From the NCBI GenBank assembly GCA_040384485.1, contig JAZKJH010000003.1, positions 144,979 through 208,978 on the forward strand: a stretch of 64,000 nucleotides of DNA, given 5' to 3'. Below are positions 63,973-64,000 of this stretch, piece by piece. The position numbers were made by a program, and so were the translations under genes. Source of the DNA: Patescibacteria group bacterium. Its GTDB lineage: Bacteria; Patescibacteriota; Minisyncoccia; Phycocordibacterales; DATDWN01. Positions within the stretch are counted from its first letter, which is position 1; the number at the start of each line of letters is the position of its first letter. The notes beneath the pieces were generated by a model, which saw only the letters and a list, made by a program, of their open reading frames with translations, ran no database searches and was not told where the DNA came from.

Positions 63973-64000
63973 AAAGTATATATACGAATTAGCTGATAAT

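Noticed and set aside
1-64000. CRISPR arrays and rRNA genes
   Set aside because: No array of regularly spaced direct repeats with unique spacers anywhere in the window, and no stretch resembling 16S/23S/5S conserved cores.

Overview
This looks like a gene-dense chromosome segment from a small, reduced genome, most plausibly a Patescibacteria/CPR lineage (Saccharibacteria-like). By eye the GC content is low (high-30s percent), interrupted by several short stretches of visibly higher GC. That placement is inferred from gene content and composition only, not from any search.

The left ~11 kb (minus strand) is a tightly packed operon-like block encoding a type-IV-secretion-like apparatus:
- a VirB4/TraC-family ATPase, split into an N-domain ORF and a Walker A/B ORF;
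- a PrgI/VirB3-like small membrane protein and a VirB6/TrbL-like polytopic membrane protein with a long coiled-coil tail;
- a 1247-aa secreted giant protein with an IPT/TIG domain and propeller-like repeats;
- accessory membrane proteins.

Housekeeping genes follow: rsmA, pcrA/uvrD, a LysM-M23 peptidase, an ABC exporter, comM, rpsO and, further right, xth, cca, hup, rny, clpP, rsmE, tig, ppaC and nusA. Four tRNAs are present (Arg-TCG, Gly-GCC, Pro-TGG, Gly-TCC).

After rpsO there is a roughly 4 kb higher-GC island. It carries its own sigma70-like promoter, a tyrosine recombinase, two small cold-shock-domain-like ORFs and a two-gene module whose second gene encodes a J-domain (HPD) protein.

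A type IV pilus block follows nusA: pilB, pilC, three prepilin-type pilins and a 592-aa giant minor pilin. The window ends with tpiA, pgk, a HIT protein, recJ, a second ABC exporter, RNase HI with an unusual C-terminal hybrid-binding domain, a ComEC-like channel and Fe/Mn SOD.

Non-coding signals worth a second look:
- two inverted copies of a ~110-nt structured element inserted immediately 3' of tRNA-Gly and tRNA-Pro, each flanked by a 12-15 nt duplication of the tRNA 3' end;
- a ~68-nt intergenic repeat present twice;
- a ~230-nt GC-rich structured sRNA candidate with its own promoter and terminator upstream of the second ABC exporter;
- tandem terminators in the nusA leader.

No rRNA and no CRISPR array were seen. 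All functional calls rest on motifs recognised by eye in the translated ORFs; no database search was run.
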